A stretch of 64,000 nt of DNA, taken from Mustelus asterias. Taxonomy: Eukaryota. Below, one piece after another: positions 49,321 through 61,176 of this stretch (the first letter of the stretch is position 1; each line of letters opens with the position of its first letter). Below the pieces are notes generated by a model, which was given only the letters and a program-made list of their open reading frames with translations, did not search any database and was not told the origin of the DNA. Both the position numbers and the translations under genes were made by a program. The DNA is taken from positions 186,001 to 250,000 of the forward strand of contig NW_027590197.1 of the NCBI RefSeq assembly GCF_964213995.1, given 5' to 3'.

Positions 49321-49434
49321 GAGCAAACTGAGCAACAGGTTTTAAACAGCTTCACCCACTCCCAGGCTGCAGCTAATGTTTGCAGCCGAGAGGAATCCAT
49401 GGGCCATGTATATACTCCAGAAGTTGTTTATTCC

Positions 49435-51440
49435 TGTTTGGCGCAAGAGTGGTAAGGGAATTGTGGCCAAGCCATGGCTTACAAGGGAAATTAGAGATAG
49501 TATCAGATTCAAGGAAGAAGCATTCAAATCGGCAAGAAAAAGCAATAGGCCCGAGGATTGGGAGCAGCTTAAAATTCAGCAAAGGAAGGCCAAGGGATTG
49601 ATTAAGAAGGGAAAAATGGAGTATGAAAGTAAGCGAGCAGGGAACACAAAAACTGACTGTAAAAGTTTCTATAGATATGTAAAGAGAAGAAGATTGACAA
49701 AGACAAATGTTAGAAATGGGAGAATTCATAACGGGGAATAAAGAAATGGCTGAGGGATTAAATTGGTACTTTGCTTCAGTCTTCACAAAGGAAGACGTGA
49801 ATAATGTATCAGAAGTGCTGAGAGAAACATGTTTTAGTCAGGGGCTGAAGGAAATCAGCATCAGTTGAGAGGTTTTTGGGGAAATTGATGGGATTGAAGG
49901 TGGATAAATCTCCAGGTCCAGATAAACTTCATCCCAGAGTACTTAAGGAAGTGGTCCTGGAAATAGTAGATACGTTGGTGGTTATTTTCCCAAATTCTTT
50001 GGAATCGGTAATAGTTCCGACAGATTGGAGGGTAGCTAATGTAAACCCACTATTCAAAAAGGGAGGGAGAGAGAAAACAGGGAACTATAGACCAGTGAGC
50101 CTAACATTAGTACTGGGGAAGTTGCTGGTGTCTATTATCAAGGATTTCACAACTCGGCATTTGGAAGGCAGTGGTATAATCAGACAAAGACAGCATGGAT
50201 TTACAAAAGGGAAATCATGCTTGACGAATCTATTGGAATTTTGTAAGGATGTAAGGAGTAGAGTTGACCGAGGAGAACCAGTGGATGTAGTTTATTTAGA
50301 CTTTCAGAAGGCTTTCGACAAGGTCTCACATAACAGACTGCTATGTAAAGTTAAAGGACATGGGATTGCAGGTCATGTCTTGAGATGGATAGAAAGCTGG
50401 TTCGCAGATAAGAAGCGAAGAGTTGGCATAAATGAGTCTTTTTCTGATTGGCAGTCAGTGACTAGTGGGGTTTGGCAGGGATCTGTGCTTGGACCCCAAC
50501 TCTTCACATTATATATTAATGATTTGGAAGAGGGAACGGAATGTATTATCTCCAAGTTTGCAGATAATACAAAGTTGGGTGGGAGGGTGAGCTGTGAGGA
50601 GGCTGCAGAGATGCTTTAGCGTGATTTGGACAGGCGGAGTGTGTGGGCATCTGCATGGCAGATGCAGTATAATGTGGATAGATGTGAGATTATCCACTTT
50701 GGTAGCAATAATAGGAAGACAGATTATTACTTGAATAGGTGTAAATTGAGGGAGGTGTATCCTCAACAAGATGTTTGATTCCTCGTGCATCACTCGCTGA
50801 AAGTAAGCGTGCAGGTACAGTAGGCAGTAAAGAATGCAAATGATATGTAGGCCTTCATAGCAAGAGGATTTGAGTATAGGGATAGGGATGTTTTGCTGCA
50901 GTTCTATAGGGCGTTGGTGAGGCCACACCTGGAGTATTGTGTACAGTTTTGGTGTCCTTATCTGAGGAAGGATGTCCTTGTTATAGAGGGAGTGCAGCGA
51001 AGGTTTACCAGGCTGATTCCTGGGATGGCAAGTCAGTCATATGAGGAGAAACTAAATCGGTTAGGATTATATTCACTGGAGTTTGGAAGAGTGGGATCTC
51101 ATAGAAACTTAAAAATTCTAACAGGGTTAGATCGGGTAGATACAGAAAGAATGTTCCCAATGGTGGGGGGAGTCCAGAACTCGGGGTCATAGTTTGAGGA
51201 TAAGGGGTAAACCTTTTAGAACTGAGGTGAGGAGAAATTTCTTCACCCAGAGAGTGATGAATGTGTGGAATTCACGGCCACAGAATATAGATCAAGGGAT
51301 ATGGGGGAACGGGAGTGGAGTGGGGTGGGGGGGTGGATTAGGATATTGAATTTGATGATCAACCATGACCATAATGAATGGCGGAGCAAGCTCGAAGGGC
51401 TGAATGACCTACTCCCACTTCTAGATTCTATGTTTCAGTG
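49435..51440 (+). mobile_element. Degenerate CR1 LINE ORF2 and 3' UTR
   Basis: KPWLTREI, KSPGPD, NYRPVSLT, QHGF, DFQKAFDKV, RPHLEYCVQFW across frameshifted ORFs. Confidence 0.9.
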
Positions 51441-52414
51441 AGAGAAGTTGCCTGAAGCGGTGGCAAAATATTTGGTTACATTTCAGCCCCAGACTCCTCA
51501 TGTTTACATAGAAACATACTAGAAAATAGAAGTGGGGAGGAGGCTATTCGGCCCTTCGAGCCTGCTCCGCCGTTCATTATGGTCACGGCTGATCATCAAA
51601 TTCAATATTGTAATCCCGCCTCCCCCCCCACCCCCACCCCCCGGATCCCTTGATCCCCAAGAAATGTATCTAATTCCTTATGGAAATCAGACTCTACTTC
51701 TACTTTTGAGGAAGGGACTTCCAAAGATTCAAGACTCTCTGAATGAAAAAAATCTTCTCATCTCTGTCTTCAATGGGCTGCACTGTTTGTTAAACAGTGA
51801 CCCCTGGATTCTCCCATAAGAGTAAACATCCTCTCCACATCCAAGACCTTTCAGAATCTTGAAGGTTTAAATTAAGTTGCCTCTTTTTTAAAGTTGAGCA
51901 GAAGCTAAACTTGAGCAGAGACAGTCTCTGGTGTTATTATATGGGACAGATTTACTTCTGGTCCTGTAATAAATGCATTTATTATTTCCAGTCTTGTAAT
52001 ATAGTCCTGTAGCTACGTTATATATTTCCAGTCATAGAGTCATTCCAGCACAGAAGGAGTCCATTGGATAACTCGAGTTCATACCGACTCTCTCAGTAAT
52101 TTCATAGTTTTTCAGTTTTTTTGTGATTTTCACAGTGACTTCATTGCAGTGTTAATGTCAGCATCCTTGTGACACTAATTAATAAATTACCAAAACTAAA
52201 CTATAAACTGTCTGCCGAGCAATTCTGTCCGTCTGGAGTGGGTCCCATTCTGTAACCCTGCAGCACCCATCCAATCTCATTTAGAAATTATTGATCCCCT
52301 CGGCTTGACTACCCCCACAGGCAGCAAGTTCAAGATCATCATCAATCGCAACCCCCTGTATCTTAACCAACTGGAGCCATCCGATCCATTAAATATATTT
52401 TTAGTTCAATCATA

Positions 52415-53230
52415 GCAGAGATATTTGTATCATCGATAGTCACAGGTGAGGTGCCTGAAGATTGGAGGGTGGCAAATGTTGAGCCTTTGTTTAAAAAGGG
52501 CTGCAGGGAAAAGCCGGGAACTGCAGGCCAGTGAGCCTCACATCTGTGGTGGGTAAGTTGTTGGAAGGTATTTTGAGAGACAGGATCTACAGGCATTTAG
52601 AGATGCAATGACTGATTAGGGACAGTCAGCATGGCTTTGTGAGTGGTGAAGAAGGCATTCAGCATGCTTGGTTTCATTGGTCAGAACATTGAATACAGGA
52701 GTTGGGACGACTTGTTGAAGTTGTACAAGACATTGGTAAGGCCACACTTGGAATGCTGTGTACAGTTCTGGTCACCCTATTATAGAAATGATATTATTAA
52801 ACTAGAAAGAGTGCAGAAAAGAATTATTACGTTGCTACCAGGACTTGATGGTTTGAGTTATAAGGCTGGATAGACTGGGACTTTTTGTCTGGAGCATAGG
52901 AGGCTGAGGGGTGATCTTACCGAGGTCTATAAAATAATGAGGGGCATAGATCAGCTAGATAGTCAATATCTTTTCCCGAAGTAGGGGAGTCTAAAACTAG
53001 AGGGCATAGGTTTAAGGTGAGAGGGGCAATTTTTTCACACAGAGGGTGGTGAGTGTCTGGAACAAGCTGCCAGAGATAGTAGTAGAGGCGGGTACAATTT
53101 TGACTTTTAAAAAGCATTTAGACAGTTACATGGGTATGATGGGTTTAGAGGGATATGGGCCAAATGCGGGCAATTGGGACTAGCTTAAGGGTTTAAGAAA
53201 AAAGGCGGCATGCTGTAAACCTCTGTGACA
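52415..53230 (+). mobile_element. Internally deleted CR1/HER1 LINE
   Basis: Same subfamily as 26977-29660; jumps from catggctttgtgagtg directly to gtgaagaaggcattc. Confidence 0.8.
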
Positions 53231-53874
53231 CTGTAGAGACTGTCTGGCAGCCTGCATGGAGATTTTCAGCTCTCTGTGTCCAGGACAGGAAGCAGTGAGC
53301 ATGGATCTGTCAATCAGCCTCAATCAGCACCTTCAGGAGAATTGGGAGGGTGAATATTAGATACAGCAGAGTGAGAATGGAGGGAGAGTGTGTGGGATGG
53401 AGATTCACAGCTTTGGGGGAATGAGAGAGGAAAGAATGTTCCATAGAAACTAGAATTCTCTGTTCTGAATTTCGATCCTGTACTGACTGTGATGACTTTT
53501 GTAAACTCCTTTTACAGGATATCAGAAGGTGAGGGTTTACAGACAGAAATCTCAAACCAAACGTCACGTCAACATCTGACAGAGTCACTCAATTCAATGG
53601 GACCTGAATATCATCAGCCTTTGAATCTAGGAGAAATGTTTTTCTGTTCTGTCTGCTTCAGGAGATTTTAAATATCAGTGTGACTGGAAAAGCACCGAGA
53701 CACACACACCCGGGTGAGAGTGTTCCAGTGCACTGAGTGTGGAAAACGCTTCAGTTGCACAGCCTGAAAAAACATCACAACATTCACAGTGGGGAGAGAC
53801 TGTACCCGTGTTCTGTGTGTGGACGAGGCTTCAACTGATTGTCCGACCTGGAGAGTCACAAGGACACCTGCACC

Positions 53875-54465
53875 ATGGAGAAACGGTGGAAATGTGGGGA
53901 CTGTGGGAAGGGATTTAGATACCCTTCTCACCTGGAAACTCATCGACGCAGCCACACTGGGGAGAGACCGTTCACCTGTTCTCAGTGTGGGAATGGATTC
54001 AGTCGATTATCCACCCTGCAGACACACCAGAGAGTTCACAATGAGGAAAGGCCATTCATCTGCTTTCATTGTGGGAAGAGATTCACTCAGTCATCCAGCC
54101 TGCAGACACACCAGCGAGTTCACAATGAGGAGAGACCGTTCATCTGCTCTCAGTGTGGGAAGGGATTCAGTCAGTCATCCAGCCTGCGGACACACCAGCG
54201 AGTTCACACTAGGGAGAGGCCGTTCACCTGCTTTCAGTGTGGGAATGGGTTCACTCAGTTATCCCATCTGAAGACACACCAACGGTTTCACACTGGGGAG
54301 AGGCCGTTCACCTGCCCTCAGTGCGAGAAGGGATTTGCTCAGTTATCCACTCTTCAGACACACCAGCGAGTTCACACCAAGGAGAGACCGTTCACCTGCT
54401 CTCAGTGTGGGAAAGGATTCACTCAGTTATCCGACCTGCGGAGACACCAGCGAGTTCACATGTGA
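53875..54465 (+). CDS. C2H2 zinc-finger protein, 7 fingers (unit 9, close paralog of unit 4)
   Basis: ORF 53839-54465, Kozak ATG at 53875; 3' flank very similar to that of unit 4. Confidence 0.85.
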   Translation: MEKRWKCGDCGKGFRYPSHLETHRRSHTGERPFTCSQCGNGFSRLSTLQTHQRVHNEERPFICFHCGKRFTQSSSLQTHQRVHNEERPFICSQCGKGFSQSSSLRTHQRVHTRERPFTCFQCGNGFTQLSHLKTHQRFHTGERPFTCPQCEKGFAQLSTLQTHQRVHTKERPFTCSQCGKGFTQLSDLRRHQRVHM

Positions 54466-54689
54466 TTCCAGGGGTTGGATTCTGCTGTTATTGTTTCTGC
54501 TCTCAATTACATCCAGGACTGCATTTTGTTCATTCTCACAGTTGGTCAATGGGGAGGGTCGGAGGGTTTCTTTCTGCTGGACTGGCCGGTCTCACCACTT
54601 TGCCTCCAGTGGCTGATAATCTTTTAACCTTGTTTTGAATATCTGGCTTTGGATTTCTCAAGGATCACAGAGTGAAAGGGTGTTTGGAA

Positions 54690-54925
54690 GTTTAAAGATA
54701 TTTTGTTCACAATACTGTTTGGAAGGCTCGCAAAGCACGCAGAGGGAGTAGTGAGCATGAGGAACTGAAAGAGATTAGTATTCGTGAAAAAGTAGCACTG
54801 GAGAAATTAATGGAGTTGGAAGTGAATAAATCCCCAAAAAGCTGATGATCGACATCCCAGAGTGTTGGAAGAGGTGGCTGTGGAGATAGTGGATACATTG
54901 GTGGTCATCTTTCCAAATTCTATAG
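54690..54925 (+). mobile_element. Degenerate CR1 fragment
   Basis: LEKLMELEVNKSP..D..HPRVL.EVA.EIVD.L..IF motif. Confidence 0.6.
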
Positions 54926-54930
54926 GTTGT

Positions 54931-55110
54931 GTCTTGCAGAGGTTGCTGTGGCAGGGTTGTGTGGTGTCATGGTCACTGTTCTCCTGAAGGCTGGGTAGTT
55001 TGCTGCGGACAATGGTCTGTTTGAGGTTGTGCGGTTGTTTGAAGGCAAGAAGTGGGGGTGTGGGGATGGCCTTGGCGAGATGTTTGTCTTCATCAATGAC
55101 ATGTCATTGA
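54931..55110 (-). mobile_element. Internal Penelope-like fragment
   Basis: Nearly identical to ~21448-21620. Confidence 0.85.
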
Positions 55111-55701
55111 TCAGAACTGAATCCAGACAGAGGGAGGGAGGGAGAAAACTGGGAATGGAGGAAAAGAATGTTGGAGATGATGAGATGGGTTTGGATTTCA
55201 GCCCAGGGAGGAGGGAGAGTGTGTGGGACGGGGATTTACAGGTTTGGGGGAACAAGCGGAAAAAATGTTCCAGAGAAACTAGAATTGTCTGTTCAGAATT
55301 TCTATCCTGGACTGACAGTAGTTTTGTTATCTTCTTTTGCAGGATATTTGAAGGGGAAGATTTACAGACTGGAAACTCAAATCAAATTTCATACGAATAT
55401 TTTACAATCATTCGATTTATCAGCACCTAAACTCAATTAGCCTTTGAATGTGGAAGGAAAAATGTTTGTTCTGCCTGTGGGAAAATATTTCAAACATCAG
55501 TGTGACTGGAGAAGCATCGAGACACATGCACACACTGGAGTGAGACTGTTCCAGTGAACTGACTGTGGAAAGAGCTTTACCCAGTTACGCAGCCTGAAAA
55601 ACATCACACCATTCACTGTCGGGTGAAACCACACACGTGTTCTGTGTGGACAAGGATTTAACAGATCATCCAACCTGGAGCGACACAAAGACACCAGCAC
55701 C

Positions 55702-56781
55702 ATGGAGAAACTGTGGAAATGTGAAGATTGTGGAAAAGTTTGTAAAACCCCATCTCAGCTGGAAATTCATCGACGCAGTCACACTGGGGAGAGACCATTC
55801 ATCTGCTGTATGTGTGGTAAAGGATTCGCTCAGTCATTTAGCCTGGTGTCACACCAGCGAGTTCACACTGAGGACAGACCGTTTAAATGCTCTGACTGTG
55901 GGAACAGTTTTAAGAGTTCTGAGGGTTTAATTCACCATCAACGGGTTCACACTGGCGAGAGACCATTCAATTGCTCTCAATGTGGGAAGAACTTCAGGCA
56001 AGTATCTCACCTCACTGAACACCTACGTGTTCACACTGGGGAGAAACCCTTCACCTGCTCCATGTGTGGGAAGGGATTCACTTGTGCTTCCCACCTCACT
56101 GAACACAAGCGTGTTCACACTGGGGAGAGACCATTCAGCTGCTCTCAGTGTGGGAAACATTTCAGGCAGTATTCCACCCTCACTGAACACAAGCGTGTTC
56201 ACACTGGGGAGAGACCGTTTGTTTGCTCCTTTTGTGGGAAAGGATTTGTTAAATCATCCCATCTTCTTAGACACCAGCGCATCCACACTGGAGAGAGACC
56301 ATTCACCTGCGCTGAGTGTGGGAAGGGATTCACTACAACATCTCACCTCAGTGAACACCAGAGTCTTCACACTGGGGAGAAACCTTTCACCTGCTCCCTG
56401 TGTGGCAAGGGATTCACATGTTTATCCTACCTCAGAAGACACAAAATTGTTCACTCCGATGAGAGACCCTGTAAATGTTCTGACTGTGGGAAGAGGTTTA
56501 AAAGCAGAAATGAACTGATGAAACACCAGCCTCTTCACACAGGGGAGAGGCCGTTTGCTTGCTCTGTGTGTGGGAAGGGATTCACTCAGTCATCACAGCT
56601 CAGCAACCATCAGCTTGTTCATACTGATAAGAGACTGTTTAAATGCTCTGACTGTGGAAAGAGCTTTAAAAGTGCAGGGAATCTGCAGAGACACCAAACC
56701 ACTCCCACTGAGAGGGGCTGTTCAGCTGCTCTTCATCTGGGAACTGATTTACTACTTCATCCCAAATCACTGATCACCTGA
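55702..56781 (+). CDS. C2H2 zinc-finger protein, 11 intact fingers plus one incomplete; decayed fingers continue to ~57170 (unit 10)
   Basis: ORF track; Kozak cACCATGG; finger series related to unit 1. Confidence 0.85.
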   Translation: MEKLWKCEDCGKVCKTPSQLEIHRRSHTGERPFICCMCGKGFAQSFSLVSHQRVHTEDRPFKCSDCGNSFKSSEGLIHHQRVHTGERPFNCSQCGKNFRQVSHLTEHLRVHTGEKPFTCSMCGKGFTCASHLTEHKRVHTGERPFSCSQCGKHFRQYSTLTEHKRVHTGERPFVCSFCGKGFVKSSHLLRHQRIHTGERPFTCAECGKGFTTTSHLSEHQSLHTGEKPFTCSLCGKGFTCLSYLRRHKIVHSDERPCKCSDCGKRFKSRNELMKHQPLHTGERPFACSVCGKGFTQSSQLSNHQLVHTDKRLFKCSDCGKSFKSAGNLQRHQTTPTERGCSAALHLGTDLLLHPKSLIT

Positions 56782-57386
56782 GGGTTCACACTGGTGGGAG
56801 GCCATTCCTCTGATTTGAGTGTGGGAAGGGATTCACTGTCATCCAGCCTGCTAAAACACCGGTGCACTCCCACTGAGGGAGCATGTTCACCTGCTCCGTG
56901 TGTGACAGGGGATTCAATCAGTTCAGCAGCTTTATTTCACATCAACTTGTTCAGACCGAAAAATAAATGGTTTTGATGTTCTGATTGTGACGAGATTTAA
57001 AAGTGCAATGGATCTGCTGCAACACAAGCACAACACTGAGCAGAGGCAGTTTACCTGCTCCATGTGTGGGAAGGGATTCACTCAGTCATTGTATCTCAGT
57101 AAATATCAACTTGTTCACAATGAGAAGAGACTGTTTAAATGCTTGGACTGTGAGAAGAGGTTTAAAAGCTCCCTCCCTAACAGCACCGTGTACCTGTACC
57201 ACAGGGATTGCAGTGATTGAAGAAGGCAGCTCACCACCACCTTCACAGAGTAATGAGGAAGGGGCAATAAATGCTGGCCTGAGCATTTGAAAAATGGAAA
57301 GAAGTCATCGGTGATTTTTCACTCAGTTATTAAGAAGCAACAGTTTAGATATGATACATAAAAGACATAAAACCTGTAATAGGTAA

Positions 57387-57552
57387 GATCCCGGATGAAG
57401 GAAATACTGATCTCCGCTAATCGCTGGAGGTGATATTCTCCTCGGAAGGGTTTACTGATCCCGGATCAGGGGGATACTGATCTCCGTGTCTGGAGGTGAT
57501 ATTCTCCTCGGAATGGTTTACTGATCCCGGATCAGAAGGATGCCGATCTCCT
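57387..57552. repeat. ~66-70-bp tandem repeat, ~2.5 copies
   Basis: GATCCCGGAT at 57387, 57457 and 57523; ctggaggtgatattctcctcggaa occurs twice. Confidence 0.8.
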
Positions 57553-57769
57553 GTCTCAGTCACCTTTAGCCACTTTGAAAAGCTCTTTGTTGTTTGAAGT
57601 GATTTCCCCACACAAAATTCCATTTATGTAGCTTATTTCTGTGGCGGCGGGGGAGGGGGGGGCGCGGGGTGGTGGTGTGGTGGCTCGTGTTGGTGTTTAT
57701 GTCAATCATTTATTTAATTATCATTTGCAAGGGACAGATGTTCAGTGAATTCCCTGCTATTTCCATTCG

Positions 57770-58590
57770 AGTCAGAGAGGTTTACAGCATGGAAACAGGC
57801 CCTTTGGCCCAACTTGTTCATGTCGCCCCTTTTTTTAACCACAAAGCCAGTCCCAATTGCCCGCATTTGGCCCACATCCCTCTATATCCATCTTACCCAT
57901 GTAACCACTTTTTAAAACACAAAATTGTACCCGCCTCTACTACTAATCTGGCAGCTTGTTCCAGATGCTTACCATCCTCTGTGAAAAAATTGCCCCTCTG
58001 GACCCTCTTGTATCTCTCCTCTCTCACTTTAAACCTATGCCCTCTAGTTTTAGACTCCCCTACCTTTGGGAAAAAATATCGACTATCGAGCTGATCTGTG
58101 CCCCTCATTATTTTATAGACCTCTATAAGATCACCCCTCAGCCTCCTTCGCTCCAGAGAAAAAAGTCACAGTTTATCCAGCCTCTCCTTATATCTCAAAC
58201 CATCAAATCTCAGTAGCATCCTACTAAATCTTTTCTGCACTCTTCCTAGTTTAATAATATCCTTTCTATAATAGGGTGACCAGAACTGTACACAGTATTC
58301 CAAGTGTGGCCTTACCAATGTCTTATACAACTTCAATAAGATGTCTCAACTCCTGGATTCAATGTTCTGACCAATGAAACCAAGCATGCCGAATGCCTTC
58401 TTCACCACTCTGTCCACCTGTGACTCCACTTTCAAGGAGCTATGAACCTGTACCCCTAGATCTCTTTGTTCTATAACTCTCCCCAATGCCCAACCATTAA
58501 CTGAGTAAGTCCTGCCCTGTTTTGATCTATCAAAATGCATCACTTCACATTTATCTAAATTAAACTCCATCTGCCATTCGTCAGCCCATT
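57770..58590 (-). mobile_element. CR1/HER1 LINE 3' fragment
   Basis: ORFs 57893-58108 and 58346-58570; same subfamily as 26977-29660. Confidence 0.85.
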
Positions 58591-60032
58591 GGAAGTCTCT
58601 TCAGTCACTTTGTGGTTCATTGCTTGCTGCGACATCCTGTTTAACCTTTATGTAGTGAGTTTACATATTGGCCATGATCACCCCACCCTATCAAGCTTGT
58701 CTTGGCCATGATCACCCCATCCTATCAAGTTTGTCTTGTTTCAGATCTGTGCTAGAGACACGTTTTTGGCTGGGATAAACGGTCTACACTGTCTGAGAAA
58801 TTCAACACATTTAACACTTATTAAGTGGCAATTGTTTCCTGATTTCCCCATCCTTATTCACTTCTTACAAATGATTTCTGATTAACTCAGTAATTCCTAA
58901 ACTACGAGCTTGTTTTAATTTCTTGATTACATATCGTCGCTACTCGAATGATCAGAATCAGCAATACAAACCCTTGAGCTTCCAGCAAGACTAAATGTAA
59001 AATATGGTACAAGTACATTTTTCACTCAGTAATTAGAACATTTCACTTTTCTCAGCACAGCAGCTGGCAGCATTTTAGATTCAGTACCAATTGTTCACTT
59101 CTCTTCTAGCTGGGTCATCCAGACTGGAAACGTTGGCTCTATTCTCTCTCCACAGAAGCTATCAGACCTGCCGAGATTTTTCAGCATTGTCAGTTTTTGA
59201 ATTTCTTGATATCAGCTGGTCCAGTGATTATTGGCACAGTATCGCGCTGTTTTTACACATTTTTCCTGGCTATTTTCAAGTGACACAGTGTTCCAGCTGT
59301 TGGGTTTATGTTGTACCATCAAGTAGGCTTCGCTTTTTGCTTCAATGACACGTCATCTCTGCTGAATGGATCTCAAACCAGTCTTTGTTGTGTGTGGGGT
59401 CATCTGGACTCGAAATGTCAGCTCTTTTCTCTCCTTACAGATGCTGCCAGGCTTGCTGACATTTTCCAGCATTTTCTCTTTTGGTTTGTTGTGTGTTCCA
59501 CCTTACCAAATGTTGCTGCTGCTGTGTCAGAAATTATTGAACTCAGCGACTTTCCAGTTGCATCAATATCAATGTTGATTGTTAAAGTTTTAATTGATGT
59601 GTCTGTAAAATATTTCACTATTTTGTTCACTGTTCCTTGATAATTTCATTTCAGAATGGGAGTGTCACTGTGAAGAACGTGTTAATCAGTAATTGTCAGC
59701 AAGGATTAATCAGCACTTTCTAATTGGAGATGTTAATTAATGGACCCTTTTAAACATTGACTTCTGGATTTTGTATCAATTTAGGATTGAAGTAAAAGTT
59801 TATAATTTTATTGTAAACCAGTTCCTGAATTCTTGAATTTAGGAGAAAGATCACAAAATGTGTGTTTAAAAAGGGACATTGCAGCCCCGAAAATCAGTAA
59901 CATCTCCAGAATATTAAACTCCAGCCATAGAGTTTGTTAACATCAGCAAAATCAAACCAGATATTGTCAGATTATCAATCCTGAATGTGATAAACAGCAG
60001 CAATAACAACAGCAGAATCCAATCCCTTCAGT

Positions 60033-61140
60033 CACTTGTGAACTCGCTGATGTCTCCACTCTTTAGCTGCCTCAGTGAATCCCTTCCCCCACACACACAG
60101 CAGATAAATGGCCTATCCCCGGTATGAATTCACTGGTGTATCATCAAGTTGGAGACTTTGTAAATCCCTTCCCACATATAGAGCAGATAACTGACCTCTC
60201 CCCAGTGTGACCTCGCTGGTGTTCAATGAGGTTGGATGAAGATCTGAAATTCTTCCCACAGGAACTGCAGTTGAATGGCCTCTCCTGAGTGTGAACTTCC
60301 TGGTGGTATTGGAGGCTGGATAACTGGGCAAATTCCACCCCACACACGGAGCAGGTGTACACCTTCTCCCTGGTGTGAATTTGCTGGTGCGCAGTGATGT
60401 TGGCTGAGGACCTGAACCTCTTTCCACAGTGAATGCAGATAAATGGCTTCTCCTCAGTGTGAATAAGTTGGTGTGTCAGCAGGTGGGATGAATTGGTGAA
60501 TCCTTTCCCACACTCGGAGCAGATGAATGGTCTCTCCTGAGTGAACTTGCTGGTGTAATGTGAGGCCGGCTAATTGAGTGAATCCCTTCCCACATACAGA
60601 GCAGGTGAACAGCTTCTCCCCAGTGTGAATGCGTTGGTGATTTCTCAGCAGGGATGGGGAATAGAATCCTTTACCACAGTCCTCACATTTCCACGATTTC
60701 TCCAATGTGGCTGCATCAGTGGATTTCCAGATGGGATGGATAATTGAATCCTTTACCACAATCCTCACATTTCCAAGGTTTCTCCACACAGCCAGAGCTC
60801 TTCTGTCTCTCCAGGTTGGACAGTCAGCGCTGTTCACATACAGAATAGTTTACTATTGAGTCCCCCGCTGTCACTGGCACAATGTTTTTTTTTCAGGTTG
60901 TGAAACTAATCAAAACTCACTTCACTGCAACACCCAGGTGTATATCTCGGTGCTTTTTCTAATCACACTGATGTTTGGAAAGTTTTTCCACAGATTGAAT
61001 CTGGAAAATGAAGTTTTTCTCCATCCTAAGGCTGATGATATTCAGATCCTGATGAATAATATGAGGGTATCAGATCTTGATGTGATGTTTGATTTGAATT
61101 TCCTGTCTGCAAATGTTCTCCTTTTAATATCCTGTAAAAG
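60033..61140 (-). pseudogene. C2H2 zinc-finger pseudogene with frameshifts (unit 11)
   Basis: Fragmented finger ORFs 60144-60362 and 60454-60837; acceptor block and linker at ~60960-61140. Confidence 0.8.
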
Positions 61141-61176
61141 GAATTTTAAAATGTAACCAGTGTCAGTCCAGTATGA

